Below, in pieces: positions 10,874 through 21,342 of a stretch of DNA of 40,613 bases. The notes below the pieces were generated by a model. That model saw nothing but the letters and a program-made list of their open reading frames with translations, made no database searches and was not told where the DNA came from. Source of the stretch: Stramenopiles sp. TOSAG23-2 (taxonomy: Eukaryota); contig LT649309.1 of the NCBI GenBank assembly GCA_900128395.1, positions 1 through 40,613 of the forward strand, read 5' to 3'. Each line of letters begins with the position of its first letter. The first letter of the stretch is position 1. The position numbers were made by a program, and so were the translations under genes.

Positions 10874-12100
10874 TTATTTTTTTGAATATCGGGAACGACG
10901 CTTTACTGTTGCCATTTTGGATATTTCATCATTACTTGCATCACTGTTACTATTTTTCTTTTTACCAAATAATTTTGATAATCTTGCAGACATACCAGAT
11001 AAAAATTTACTGCGTTTTGTTTTAGATGATAATTTGACATTATGAACAAATACTTCCAGCTCACCTGTTTTTGGATCGTATTTACTATCAATTTCTTCAT
11101 GCGAAAAAACACCATCAATGATATTATTTAAATCAATTTGAAATTCTGATCCTTCTACTTTATTTTTAGTAGCTAATTTACGTATTTCATCATGATGGTC
11201 ACGCAATGGATCGTACACTTTGGATTTTGCAATAGCGTTGACAAAAATAATGTTTGCATCTTCATCTAAATCAACTTCCATACGACGTACCCCTGACAAT
11301 TCAACTACTAATAATACACCGTCTTCACGCTCCTCAACTTCCACAGTCGGTTCTTTCCATTTTTGTACTGCACGATCCGTGCTTTCATGAATTTCCGCTA
11401 ATTCTTCCTCTTGCATACGCTTTGCTAGTTCCATATCACGTTTGGCTAATCTTTCTTTTCTTGCACGTTCAGCTTGAAATGCACGTTCCTCTTCTTGCAA
11501 TATTTTTCTTGCCATCATTTCTCCTTTCTTCTCTTCTTTTTTACGCATTGCTATTTGTCTTTTTTCCTCATTCTCTTTTCGTAAAATTTCACGACGATGT
11601 TCTTTATCGTCCTTTGCTTGCATTTTTTTAGCTAATTTCGCATCTTTGGCATGTTGGCGCTCCATTCGTCTTTCCATTTCTTCCACTTCTTTTTCTTCTT
11701 CTTCTTGCACTTTTTGTGCATATGCTAAACTATCGTATTCCATCTTTGCTTTCAATTCTTCTGCACGACGAAATTCTTCTTCCTCTTTTAAACGTAGCTG
11801 TTCTGCATGATATGCATCTTTTTCCTCCATTTGAAATTTTTCTGCAGCTTCACGATCTTCACGTTCACGATCTTCAAGTTCTTTTGCCCTTGCTAGTTCT
11901 TGTCTATGAATACGCTTTGCTACTACTTCAGCCATTTTATTATTTCTTTCCTTGTGAACTTCTTCTTTTGCACTTAATAACATACCCATGAAACCACTAC
12001 CATTAGCGGATCTGGAAGATGTATTTGATACATCGCTTAGACCATATGCACGTTTATATATGGAAGGTGAATAAGTTGATGATATATTTTCTTTATCCAT
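10874..12100 (-). CDS. Charged helical protein with MIU-like ubiquitin-binding repeats and a C-terminal alpha-crystallin/HSP20-like domain
   Basis: First ATG is at 12100 (the track starts at GTG 12112). Repeats DSLAYAQKVQEEE, DAKLAKKMQ, EMMARKILQEEE and DMELAKRMQEEE. C-terminal VEVEEREDGVLLVVELSGV...IDSKYDPKTGELEVFV. CDS is solid; domain calls are by eye. Confidence 0.7.
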   Translation of the reverse strand: MDKENISSTYSPSIYKRAYGLSDVSNTSSRSANGSGFMGMLLSAKEEVHKERNNKMAEVVAKRIHRQELARAKELEDREREDREAAEKFQMEEKDAYHAEQLRLKEEEEFRRAEELKAKMEYDSLAYAQKVQEEEEKEVEEMERRMERQHAKDAKLAKKMQAKDDKEHRREILRKENEEKRQIAMRKKEEKKGEMMARKILQEEERAFQAERARKERLAKRDMELAKRMQEEELAEIHESTDRAVQKWKEPTVEVEEREDGVLLVVELSGVRRMEVDLDEDANIIFVNAIAKSKVYDPLRDHHDEIRKLATKNKVEGSEFQIDLNNIIDGVFSHEEIDSKYDPKTGELEVFVHNVKLSSKTKRSKFLSGMSARLSKLFGKKKNSNSDASNDEISKMATVKRRSRYSKK

Positions 12101-12699
12101 TATTTTTTTCACTGTGCTGAATATTTTTTTTATTATTTTCTTTCGTATTGTTTTAATATATATACATATATTGAGATATTGAAATGATTATTTTACAAAA
12201 AAACTTGTTATAGTTCTTTTTATGTTTGTATATATATCCAGTATAGTACTATGATATATGTCTATAGTATATTATTGAGAGAAGATGTATCAAAGTAATG
12301 TGCTAATATTATACAGTGTAATGAGATGTAAGACAGAACCACTGGTGCAGTAGAGTATATATCTTTTTTTCAACTTTGTATAGCAGTGTAATAGCATTGA
12401 ATCTCTCGATGGGTGCAGAAAAAAATAGGGAAGAAACTGTTGAACTTACAACGTTAACCTATAATTAAGGTTTTATTTGATAAATTTATAAGATATCATA
12501 TAGGTAATAATTGTAAAATATTATCGAATACGAATATATATAAACACACAACCATCAATTTTTTTACATTTTTTTATATTTCTTTTTTATATATACGCAC
12601 CGTATATTATATATAATATATATATCAGCGTTTGTGTGTGTGTGAATTTTATGCAGTTCGTACTCGTAAGATACGAACGTGTATATTATTTTTGCTAGT

Positions 12700-15600
12700 T
12701 TACTGTTGTTGTTGATTTTCAATCATTTGTTGTTGCTGTTGCATTATCATTTCATCATCAAGTTCTGGTCCCATGTCACCCATTTCACCCATACCAGGTG
12801 CACTCACTGCCGGGGTATATACATGGCCACCTTTTCGCCTCAACATGTTTATTTCAGCTTTTAATGCGTCAACTTCTTTCGCTTGTAATTTTACTAACTG
12901 TACTAAACGTCTTCGCTCTTCAATTTCTTGCCTAGCTAATCCACCTGCTGCACCTGGTGCAGATCCTTTCGTATTCAATTCTTTCTCCAAGGTTTGTTGC
13001 TGTCCAGTCAAAGCAGCAATACGTTCTAGGTTAGCAGTATTGTCTTGTATTGTTTTTAACATTTGTTCTTTTACTGCTTTAATGCCTTTTTTGATTTTAT
13101 GCAATTCACGTTCATATTTTGTTTCAATGCCAGCAATCTTTTTATTTAAATCATCTACCATTTTCCTATCACCCATTTGATCAAGGGATGCTAAATCGAT
13201 CAATTGGCCAAATTTTAACATCTGTAGCTCTACGCAACGTGCTTCTTGCTTTTCAATCTCTTTTTGTCTTAATTTTTTTTCTTTTTGTAATCTACGCTTT
13301 GTTCCGTGTAATGATTTAAATTTCTTTTTCAAAACGTCAACTTCACCTAACATTTCCTCTCTGCGGCCTCTTAACTTGTCTAATGTTTCGTGGCTAAAAA
13401 CTAAAGAAGTGCGTAAACTGGATGGCAATACTAATCCTTCCGTTGAATTATTTGCAACTACTGGAGCATCACCACCTTCCTCATCTTCAACTGCAGTTGG
13501 ATCAATCATACATAAAATTTGACTAATCTGCAAGCTGACAGTAACAAATATACGATTAAGTTCTTGTTGTTTTTCTGTTTGAAATTTGACAATATCTCTT
13601 TCTGTTGCAATCAATTCTTTATCAACTGTTTTTTGCTTGATAACCATTCTATCATGCGTTTTCTTTATATCTTCAAGTCCTTTTTTAAAGTCGTTTAATA
13701 CATCTTCTTGATCAAGCCTTTTTTCCCTCATTTCTAATACTCGGTCATACAATGCTTGATCACAACCAACTGGGCATGAATCATCCTCGTCTTCATCGTC
13801 ATCATCACTACCTTCGTCATCGCTGCTACTTTCCTCCTCGCTACTTTCATAGTCACTTCCTTCGTCATCACTACCATCATCATCCCCTTTTTTCTTAGAT
13901 CTCTTAATTTTACGACGATAAATCTTTTCCAAGATAGGACGGAATTGATTGCTATCAGGCACTAATGCCTTGAATTCACCCTCAATAATTTTATCTTTCT
14001 CTTGCCAATTTCCTATTTCCGTTTTCTTTAAATCCATATTCTCTCTGCATTTTTGTATTTCATTTACAATTTCAGATTTCTGTGTTTTTGCTTTTTCTAG
14101 TCGGTTCGTTAATTGTGTATCTTTTTTTGCAAATACTTTTAACAAATTCAATTCTTCAAAAAATGTTAACATTCTCATTTCTGCACTTTTTAAATCGGCA
14201 TCCAGTTTAATTTTTTCACGTCTCAAATCAAAAACAGCTTCATCAAATGCAGATACCGTCTGTTTAATTTTCTCTTTCAAGACACTATGCTCATGCTTGA
14301 ATCTTGTTCTGGCTTCTGCTGATACTATTTCTTCTAGTTGCGATGCATCTCCATCAGTTTCAGCATTGCAAGTATTACTACCAACGCCAGCACTAATTGA
14401 TGGCACAATCGTTATATCATTAGTGGATACTGATGTTGCTGACGCATCTATACCAGTGCTACTGATTCCTCCCGCTTCCGCATCTTTATTGCTATTTGAT
14501 GAAATATCAATTCCTTTTTCCTTTGCATATGCTTCTATTTCTTCCTCTGTAATTTTCATGCGGTTTTCAGGCCATTCAGATGCTGTCGTTTCTGGCTCCC
14601 AGTATCTATTTCCTTCCTCCCCTAATTCTACGTCAATCTCTTTCATACGCTTATTATCTTCCTTAATATTTTCCACAATCCTTCTTTTCAATTCTCTCAA
14701 TGCAAGGTAACGTTGATTATATCCCATTTTAATAGCATGAATACTTTCTTCCAGCAATACCATTTGACGTCTTTTCTTCTCTGCATTCACACGTTGATCT
14801 TCTGGTACGACATAATCTTTATCTGTTTTTAACTTGCAATCACCCATGTTTTTCCTTGCGTAATCTATAGCTGCAAGATCTCTTGGATCTTCCGCCTTTG
14901 GAGACGGCTTTTTAGCAACCATAGCATCAATTTTTACTTTTCTTGCTGCACGCATCAATTTTCTTTCCTCTTGCTGTGCATTACGGTTGCCATCACCTTG
15001 TAATTTAATCGTTTCGAATCCTTTGAAATTGTCCCCAACATCAACGCCGCCACCTCCCCCACTAGTGCTTGTGCTCGTTGCGCCTAATATAGCGCCTTTT
15101 CCAGCACGGCGCCTTGCATCCTCCTCTGCATCGATCAGTGCATGGACTGCGCGTAAACTTTCTTGAAGTCCTTCTGATAATTGATTTATGCGAAAACTAT
15201 CAACAGAAAATTTCCCTTCAAACGCCTTTAACGTAATACCTTCGACAGCAATGTTGGATAAATATTTGCTTTTCATTTTGTCAATCAACATATCTTTCAT
15301 GGTAGAAGAATATTCTAATTCTTTTTTCACCTCCTCGCATTTCGCATCTCCTATATCGACTAGGCTTGCTTTGTACGATTGATCTAGGACAAGCTCATCC
15401 TTTGACAATCTACGACCTTCTTCCTCTTCATTGTTTGACTCGAGGAATGCATCAAATTTCTTTCGTAGCTTTTGAATTTTTTGACGCACTAATTCTTTCT
15501 TTTTTTCACTTGCTTTAACTAAATTATCATGTTCCGTTTTTAATTTAGCGTCTTGAATACTATAAGCATTCGGATCAACAATATCACTTACTCCGGTAGA

Positions 15601-17937
15601 TGCATTTTCCTCTGCTTGGGTATCATGGACATCACCTTCTAATGATGAAACAACTGTTCCGAAAACTTCTGTAGGTGCTTCATCTTGTCCATTTTCTGCA
15701 TCAATTTGCATTTCTATAATACTTTTTAGCATTGCAGCTTTCGCATCTCTAGCGGCTTGCCCAGCAGCAGCTTCTTTTGCTGCTTCAAGTAAACGCTCTG
15801 GCTGCAATCGAAATGTAAAGACTGCACCATCAGCTCCAGCTGTTAATAAATATTTATCATCGAAACTTGTAGTAGCACTATTGACCGTACCATAATTTGC
15901 ATCATGCATTCTAACGTTTGCAAAGTACCGAGTCAATGTATCATCTGCTGAACGAAGACGTACACAACCATCTTCACCTGTGGAAATTAAAAATTTTCCG
16001 GATGAAGTTGTGCTTAAACTTGTAACAATTGAATTATGAGATTCGATTTCATCTGAGGCATATTCACCATCAAATACACATTCCATCATTATTCCTTTCT
16101 CCTCTCCATCCAAGCATATGTGAAACTTATCTAGCGAGCCGGGTGTATATTTTGCTTGTACAGCTTTGCTTACAGCTTTTGCAACTTCAAATGGATTTTC
16201 AGCATCGTCTTTTTCTTCCTTGGAATCTTCCCCTTCTACTACTGCGACAGCTTGCATCGTAGGTTTGGGTTTGTATGTAAATTCACGCGATTCTAATTTC
16301 AATTCAAACGTATGATGTGTATCAACCTCTTTTGGTGTAGTAAATTCAACAACATCACCTTGCGTAGATGTAGTAAGAACAGCTTCTGAATCATGTCTCC
16401 AATCTAGTGATAATGGTTTACCTGCGAGCTCTTGGAATCCTACTGGTTCAAGTGTTACCTTATTATCGCTAGCACAAACAACTCTTAAAAAGAAAATAGT
16501 ATTATCTTCACCATGGGTACAAATTGTTTTACCATCAGGGCTAAATTTGATTCCAGTAACGCGTTTATTGTGTGGTTTACATACAAATGTCGTTTTCCAC
16601 TCGTCTTTACCGCGCATTAATACACGTATTACACCACCTGCAAAACCTGCGCAAACTATGCGACATTTTTCATCAACACTTGCTGGCGCCCATGCTAATG
16701 CCGTAGCAGCAGTGGAAAATTTTTTACTATAAATACAATTTTTATCAATATAATCCCAACAACGGATGGTGCCATCTTCACCAGCCGTTGCGCTGAAATG
16801 ATCAACTGGAGATGTTGCAACTGCATTTACCGGACCTGAATGGTAATCTTTTAGACAAGTGCATGATTCTGCTGCTAAATCGTATTTCCATATTTTACCA
16901 TTTTTATCCTCAAGTATCCAATTATTGTTGCCAATTATCATGCCGCACAATTCAACCCCATCACCAATATAAGTTGTAGCTAATGGTTCAATTTCAATAA
17001 TAGGCTCCTCATCTGACGGTTCTGCCTCATCAATTAGATTGAATGGCCATTGACGTACGTAACCATCAGCCCCTGCAGTAATAAAACGTCCTTCATCCTT
17101 CAAATATTTGATAAATACAATGTCGCCTTGATGTGGCAATACTCCTTTCGGCATTGATATTTCAGATTTAATAAAATTACCTTCCCATAATAAAAGCATA
17201 CCACGTTCAGAACCACTTAAAACTTTACCATCAGGTAACTCATCAAACGCTGACACGTCACTTAAATCTACACGACCAAATTTACCAATGGCACCTTGTA
17301 ATTTCAAACCCGTAAATGTGGATGCCATTTTCCAGAATCGAATGTGACCCATACCACCAGTTACTAAACGACCATCACTTTCAGGGGAAAAGATAACGTT
17401 GTAAATATCTTGCGCAAACGCTTTTGTCCGTAAAATGATCTTTTCCAACTTCCAGTTCCAAACTGTCAACATATAATCTGGTGCCATACCCACAGATGCA
17501 AGCTTTTCTCCAGTAAAAGAAAAGTTCATGCAGCTATAACCCATTTCTGTACCTAATTTCAATACACGGTGAAGCCTTAAAGATGGGTATTCATATATCA
17601 TAATATTTGGATTTGGACCTTTCTCACCTACTGCAAAAAAATCACGTGAAGGATGTACGCATACACATCCAATACCATCGGAATTTTTTCCAAAGATATG
17701 TCTAAGCTTACCACTAGTTAAATTTAAAATTTGCAAAACATTACCGGTGGAGTAACATATAGTCTCATCGTCTAAATATTGCAAATTGTTTCTTTTTTTA
17801 AAATCAAAACCTATCGAACTATCCAAAGCTATAGAGTTTCTAGGTAACTCATTTTTTAAGAGACCTAATGGTGCAATAGCATCTTTTTCATAAAAAAAGT
17901 CATCAGCTAATGCTTCCTTCGTTTTACCTTCTGCCAT
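12700..17937 (-). CDS. CFAP44: Cilia- and flagella-associated protein 44 (WDR52)
   Basis: First ATG is at 17937 (the track starts at TTG 17952). Two WD40 clusters with GHIRFWKMASTFTGLKLQG.IGKFG..LSD, then YSIQDAKLK, MGD.KLKT..DY.VP, an acidic tract with CP.GCD.ALY, and a coiled coil ending LRRKGGH. Confidence 0.93.
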   Translation of the reverse strand: MAEGKTKEALADDFFYEKDAIAPLGLLKNELPRNSIALDSSIGFDFKKRNNLQYLDDETICYSTGNVLQILNLTSGKLRHIFGKNSDGIGCVCVHPSRDFFAVGEKGPNPNIMIYEYPSLRLHRVLKLGTEMGYSCMNFSFTGEKLASVGMAPDYMLTVWNWKLEKIILRTKAFAQDIYNVIFSPESDGRLVTGGMGHIRFWKMASTFTGLKLQGAIGKFGRVDLSDVSAFDELPDGKVLSGSERGMLLLWEGNFIKSEISMPKGVLPHQGDIVFIKYLKDEGRFITAGADGYVRQWPFNLIDEAEPSDEEPIIEIEPLATTYIGDGVELCGMIIGNNNWILEDKNGKIWKYDLAAESCTCLKDYHSGPVNAVATSPVDHFSATAGEDGTIRCWDYIDKNCIYSKKFSTAATALAWAPASVDEKCRIVCAGFAGGVIRVLMRGKDEWKTTFVCKPHNKRVTGIKFSPDGKTICTHGEDNTIFFLRVVCASDNKVTLEPVGFQELAGKPLSLDWRHDSEAVLTTSTQGDVVEFTTPKEVDTHHTFELKLESREFTYKPKPTMQAVAVVEGEDSKEEKDDAENPFEVAKAVSKAVQAKYTPGSLDKFHICLDGEEKGIMMECVFDGEYASDEIESHNSIVTSLSTTSSGKFLISTGEDGCVRLRSADDTLTRYFANVRMHDANYGTVNSATTSFDDKYLLTAGADGAVFTFRLQPERLLEAAKEAAAGQAARDAKAAMLKSIIEMQIDAENGQDEAPTEVFGTVVSSLEGDVHDTQAEENASTGVSDIVDPNAYSIQDAKLKTEHDNLVKASEKKKELVRQKIQKLRKKFDAFLESNNEEEEGRRLSKDELVLDQSYKASLVDIGDAKCEEVKKELEYSSTMKDMLIDKMKSKYLSNIAVEGITLKAFEGKFSVDSFRINQLSEGLQESLRAVHALIDAEEDARRRAGKGAILGATSTSTSGGGGGVDVGDNFKGFETIKLQGDGNRNAQQEERKLMRAARKVKIDAMVAKKPSPKAEDPRDLAAIDYARKNMGDCKLKTDKDYVVPEDQRVNAEKKRRQMVLLEESIHAIKMGYNQRYLALRELKRRIVENIKEDNKRMKEIDVELGEEGNRYWEPETTASEWPENRMKITEEEIEAYAKEKGIDISSNSNKDAEAGGISSTGIDASATSVSTNDITIVPSISAGVGSNTCNAETDGDASQLEEIVSAEARTRFKHEHSVLKEKIKQTVSAFDEAVFDLRREKIKLDADLKSAEMRMLTFFEELNLLKVFAKKDTQLTNRLEKAKTQKSEIVNEIQKCRENMDLKKTEIGNWQEKDKIIEGEFKALVPDSNQFRPILEKIYRRKIKRSKKKGDDDGSDDEGSDYESSEEESSSDDEGSDDDDEDEDDSCPVGCDQALYDRVLEMREKRLDQEDVLNDFKKGLEDIKKTHDRMVIKQKTVDKELIATERDIVKFQTEKQQELNRIFVTVSLQISQILCMIDPTAVEDEEGGDAPVVANNSTEGLVLPSSLRTSLVFSHETLDKLRGRREEMLGEVDVLKKKFKSLHGTKRRLQKEKKLRQKEIEKQEARCVELQMLKFGQLIDLASLDQMGDRKMVDDLNKKIAGIETKYERELHKIKKGIKAVKEQMLKTIQDNTANLERIAALTGQQQTLEKELNTKGSAPGAAGGLARQEIEERRRLVQLVKLQAKEVDALKAEINMLRRKGGHVYTPAVSAPGMGEMGDMGPELDDEMIMQQQQQMIENQQQQ

Positions 17938-18604
17938 TATTATATTCAACAATTACTTATATATTTTTTAGGAATCGTGTTTCTCTTTCTTTCTCTAATA
18001 TTATAAATAAGTATTTGTATTTATATTTGACAACAATGTTATTTGTTTTCTTCTATCAATCTATTGATAAATATATCTATACCGTACTGAATTATATATT
18101 AATTTCGTATTATCTATTTAATGCAATAAATATATATATACTGGTTTTTTTGTTTTGATATATATTATTATTACAACGGCATAATTTTTAATGATGAAAC
18201 GGCGTATATTGATCCAGTATTAATACTACTATTACTACTACTAATAAATTAGTGTTCCCTATCAAAAGAATTTTTTATCGCAACACTAGTGCACTATAAC
18301 ACATAACACACACAACAGCACAGTGAGCATTTACTAAACGTTGCGAGCCTAAATGAAAATGTACAGATACTAATATAAATAGGTTAAGGCAGGGAGAAGG
18401 TGATTTAGGTTAAGGAGTTATAAGGTATCCTGATGCCGGTCTGTCGTCTGCTCGTCTGCTCTCGTTATTATTGTGCATATATATTCGATATTATATGTAT
18501 ATTATATTATATTAGATAGTCGTCTACATAAAGACATATATTTACGCACAATGAATTTCGCAGTGTGAAAAGTTCATAATAAAAAGAAAAAGTTAATCCA
18601 AATT

Positions 18605-20509
18605 ATGGTTGAAACGATGGATGTGGAAGAACCACAATCATATTCAAAAAATATATATAAACGTGTAAAAAAAAATCAACCGAAGACAAGGCCATCTTCT
18701 GCTGGCTGGGCTGGTAGTAGGCGGCGTCGTACGAAGCGTAATAAAAACAAATATAAAATCATTAATACAATTCCAGCTTTAAATAATAATCGTACAAAAT
18801 CATATTCCTATAATAAATATGAACGAAAATCCTTGGAAAATGGATGGAACTCGCTCTTCGCACAAAATCAAACAGAAAATAAACACATTTTAGAAAATAT
18901 ATACAAGCAACAACAGGATAATGTATTATCAGCTAAAAATTATAGAAGAAAGCGTCCAAAATCAGCCTCTCAAATACGTAGAAATAGTAGAAACAATCAA
19001 ATATTTTCAAGTAAACCACAACAAAAACGTGTAGTGTTTCGGGGTGGGTCTAACAACAAGAATGTTAGTAGTAAGCGCTATGTCAGGAGACGAAGACCGA
19101 AAAGTGCAGGCTATATTAGACGCAATGCTACTGAAAGTGAATTAATTAATCATCAAAATAAGAATGTCAATAAAATATTACAACGTGATTTATCAGATAC
19201 ACTTTTGCATCAACATTTGAGGAAACGAGAATATGAAAAATTAACATCAAGTATTAGTAATAATAAAATTATAGATATTAGCTATGGGAATAATAAAATT
19301 CAGAAAAACATTAAGAGAACAATTGACAATAATAAATCAAATCATAAGAAAAGCATGAATAATATCACGAAAAATATCATACCACAACATGTAAATATTA
19401 ATACTACTAATAACGATGGCAATCAAATACAATTTCGATTTGAAGAAAAATGTAAAAAAATTCGTTCGCTTTGGAAACAATTGCATATACCAACACGAGA
19501 TCGTAGATTTTTTTCAAGAACATTTATGTTGGAATGGACAGATCGTAATGAAAAATTTATTGATGAACAATTAGAATTATTGTTAACACATCATGATGTA
19601 ACCGTGGAAGCGTTAAGAAAAATGAAAGAAAGAGAAAATGCAATTTATCAATTAAATTTAATAACAAAGGCAGCTTCATTAGCTCTAATTAAATCTCGTA
19701 AAAAACCCTTAGCAAATATACAACATGTAAAATCAAGAAAAATGAAGAAGAAGAAAAAAGGGAAATATGTTGTCAATAATAATTTAGATCAAAGTGAAAC
19801 AACTAGGATGAGAAGAAAAGAGAAAGCCATATGTGATGATTCTACAACGAATGCTAATGCAGTTGAACAAATAGAAAATCAAGAAGAGCTTTTTTTTAAT
19901 AATAATAATATTAACAATGTTACAAATAATCAAGATGAAGATATATTCAATATGCAAGTGTTAAAATTTCATGATTTAATTGCAGATCGATGTAGAAGAG
20001 CTCAATTGAAAACCATTGAAGTAATTGATTTGATTAAAATTTGGAGAAGCAATTTGTGGAGACCACAACCATTTAAGTGGCGAGGTGAAAATTATGTGTT
20101 AAGAATTGGCAATTGTCATGGCTTACATTTTGTTCAAGAAACTGATGTAATAGATGCATTAAAATTATGTAATATTAAATCCAAAGATTTAATGTTACTA
20201 TTGCCATCTCATATACGTGATTTAATTTGTACTCAAAATGGTAATAATAATAATAATAATAATAATTACAATAACAACGATAATATTGATAATAAAAAAG
20301 AAACAAATAGTAATGAAGTAGATGGTCAAGATTATCAACTAGTAAAATCAAAAGCTCTATGTGACTGTGAAGAATTTGTTCGCAGGGAGCAAATTTTACA
20401 GGAAGAATTAGGGAAAGAATTGAAAGATCTTCTTACAAATGGATTCTATATACCACAATTAAAATGGAATCCAAATATATTACAAGAGGAAGAAAATAAG
20501 TCTAATTAG
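18605..20509 (+). CDS. Uncharacterised protein: basic disordered N-terminus with three RPxSA motifs and a helical C-terminal domain
   Basis: 634-aa uninterrupted ORF with RPSSA and RPKSA x2, conserved-looking blocks LWKQLHIP..DR..F and I..WR..LWRPQPF.W.GENY, and Asn tracts. Confidence 0.75.
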   Translation: MVETMDVEEPQSYSKNIYKRVKKNQPKTRPSSAGWAGSRRRRTKRNKNKYKIINTIPALNNNRTKSYSYNKYERKSLENGWNSLFAQNQTENKHILENIYKQQQDNVLSAKNYRRKRPKSASQIRRNSRNNQIFSSKPQQKRVVFRGGSNNKNVSSKRYVRRRRPKSAGYIRRNATESELINHQNKNVNKILQRDLSDTLLHQHLRKREYEKLTSSISNNKIIDISYGNNKIQKNIKRTIDNNKSNHKKSMNNITKNIIPQHVNINTTNNDGNQIQFRFEEKCKKIRSLWKQLHIPTRDRRFFSRTFMLEWTDRNEKFIDEQLELLLTHHDVTVEALRKMKERENAIYQLNLITKAASLALIKSRKKPLANIQHVKSRKMKKKKKGKYVVNNNLDQSETTRMRRKEKAICDDSTTNANAVEQIENQEELFFNNNNINNVTNNQDEDIFNMQVLKFHDLIADRCRRAQLKTIEVIDLIKIWRSNLWRPQPFKWRGENYVLRIGNCHGLHFVQETDVIDALKLCNIKSKDLMLLLPSHIRDLICTQNGNNNNNNNNYNNNDNIDNKKETNSNEVDGQDYQLVKSKALCDCEEFVRREQILQEELGKELKDLLTNGFYIPQLKWNPNILQEEENKSN

Positions 20510-21342
20510 CATTGATACCGAATATGCAAAAGCAACTAAATGATATATATATATGAAAGATAGAATGATGTATACGAAGAAATATATATATACGTATATA
20601 CGTTCGTATAAATAATGAATAATGGTTAAAATCTCTTACTAAAGTTATATATCATAATAATTTTACTTCCAGTGGTAAATACTATATGCTCAATACTCTA
20701 TCTCAGGAATAATATTCAATCCTACTATTATTAGCCAAAGCTCTAATGCGCGTATTTTAAATAAATATTTGTACACTTTCGTGTACGAAACTCGTACGCG
20801 TATGATATATATTATTACGATACCACGAATATATCTATCGCAACGTTTAAGATTCATTGGTCCATCTTTCAGTTTAGTGAGATAGATACGTGTAATTATT
20901 GCTTCGCAGTTAATTGTACTCGTAAATCATATTTCTTTCTGGAGAGTAGGAATTATCATGGAGTAAAATATTTTAAAAATAAAGTTAAATGCACATTTTT
21001 AACAATAATAATTTCAAATATAATTTAAAATAATATTATTTTATTCATAAATAGGATATAATAGCACAATATATATATATATGTCATATGCTGAAACATC
21101 AATACTTAAAAATAGTCTCAAGTATTTCGTATAATCAGTACGCTCTTCTATGATGAATGTATTAAATATACATCTAGATATTTAATGTTTGACTTGTGGT
21201 TACTTTATTCTTTGGAGAATAGGAATTATCACGAGTAGAAATTAAAAATTACGTCGTAAAATACGCGCGTACGATACAATATGATTCATTATCATATATC
21301 ATATCATACGACATGTAAATATCTTTCTTGTTTTCTGTTTTT

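Noticed and set aside
12101..17952. GTG/TTG starts given by the ORF track (12112, 17952; also 23226)
   Set aside because: These are eukaryotic genes with an in-frame ATG a few codons downstream (12100, 17937, 23271).
17953..18604. RFX X-box or Myb sites upstream of ciliary genes
   Set aside because: No GTTNCC-ATGGNAAC palindrome was found, and the AACGG words are too short to be meaningful by eye.
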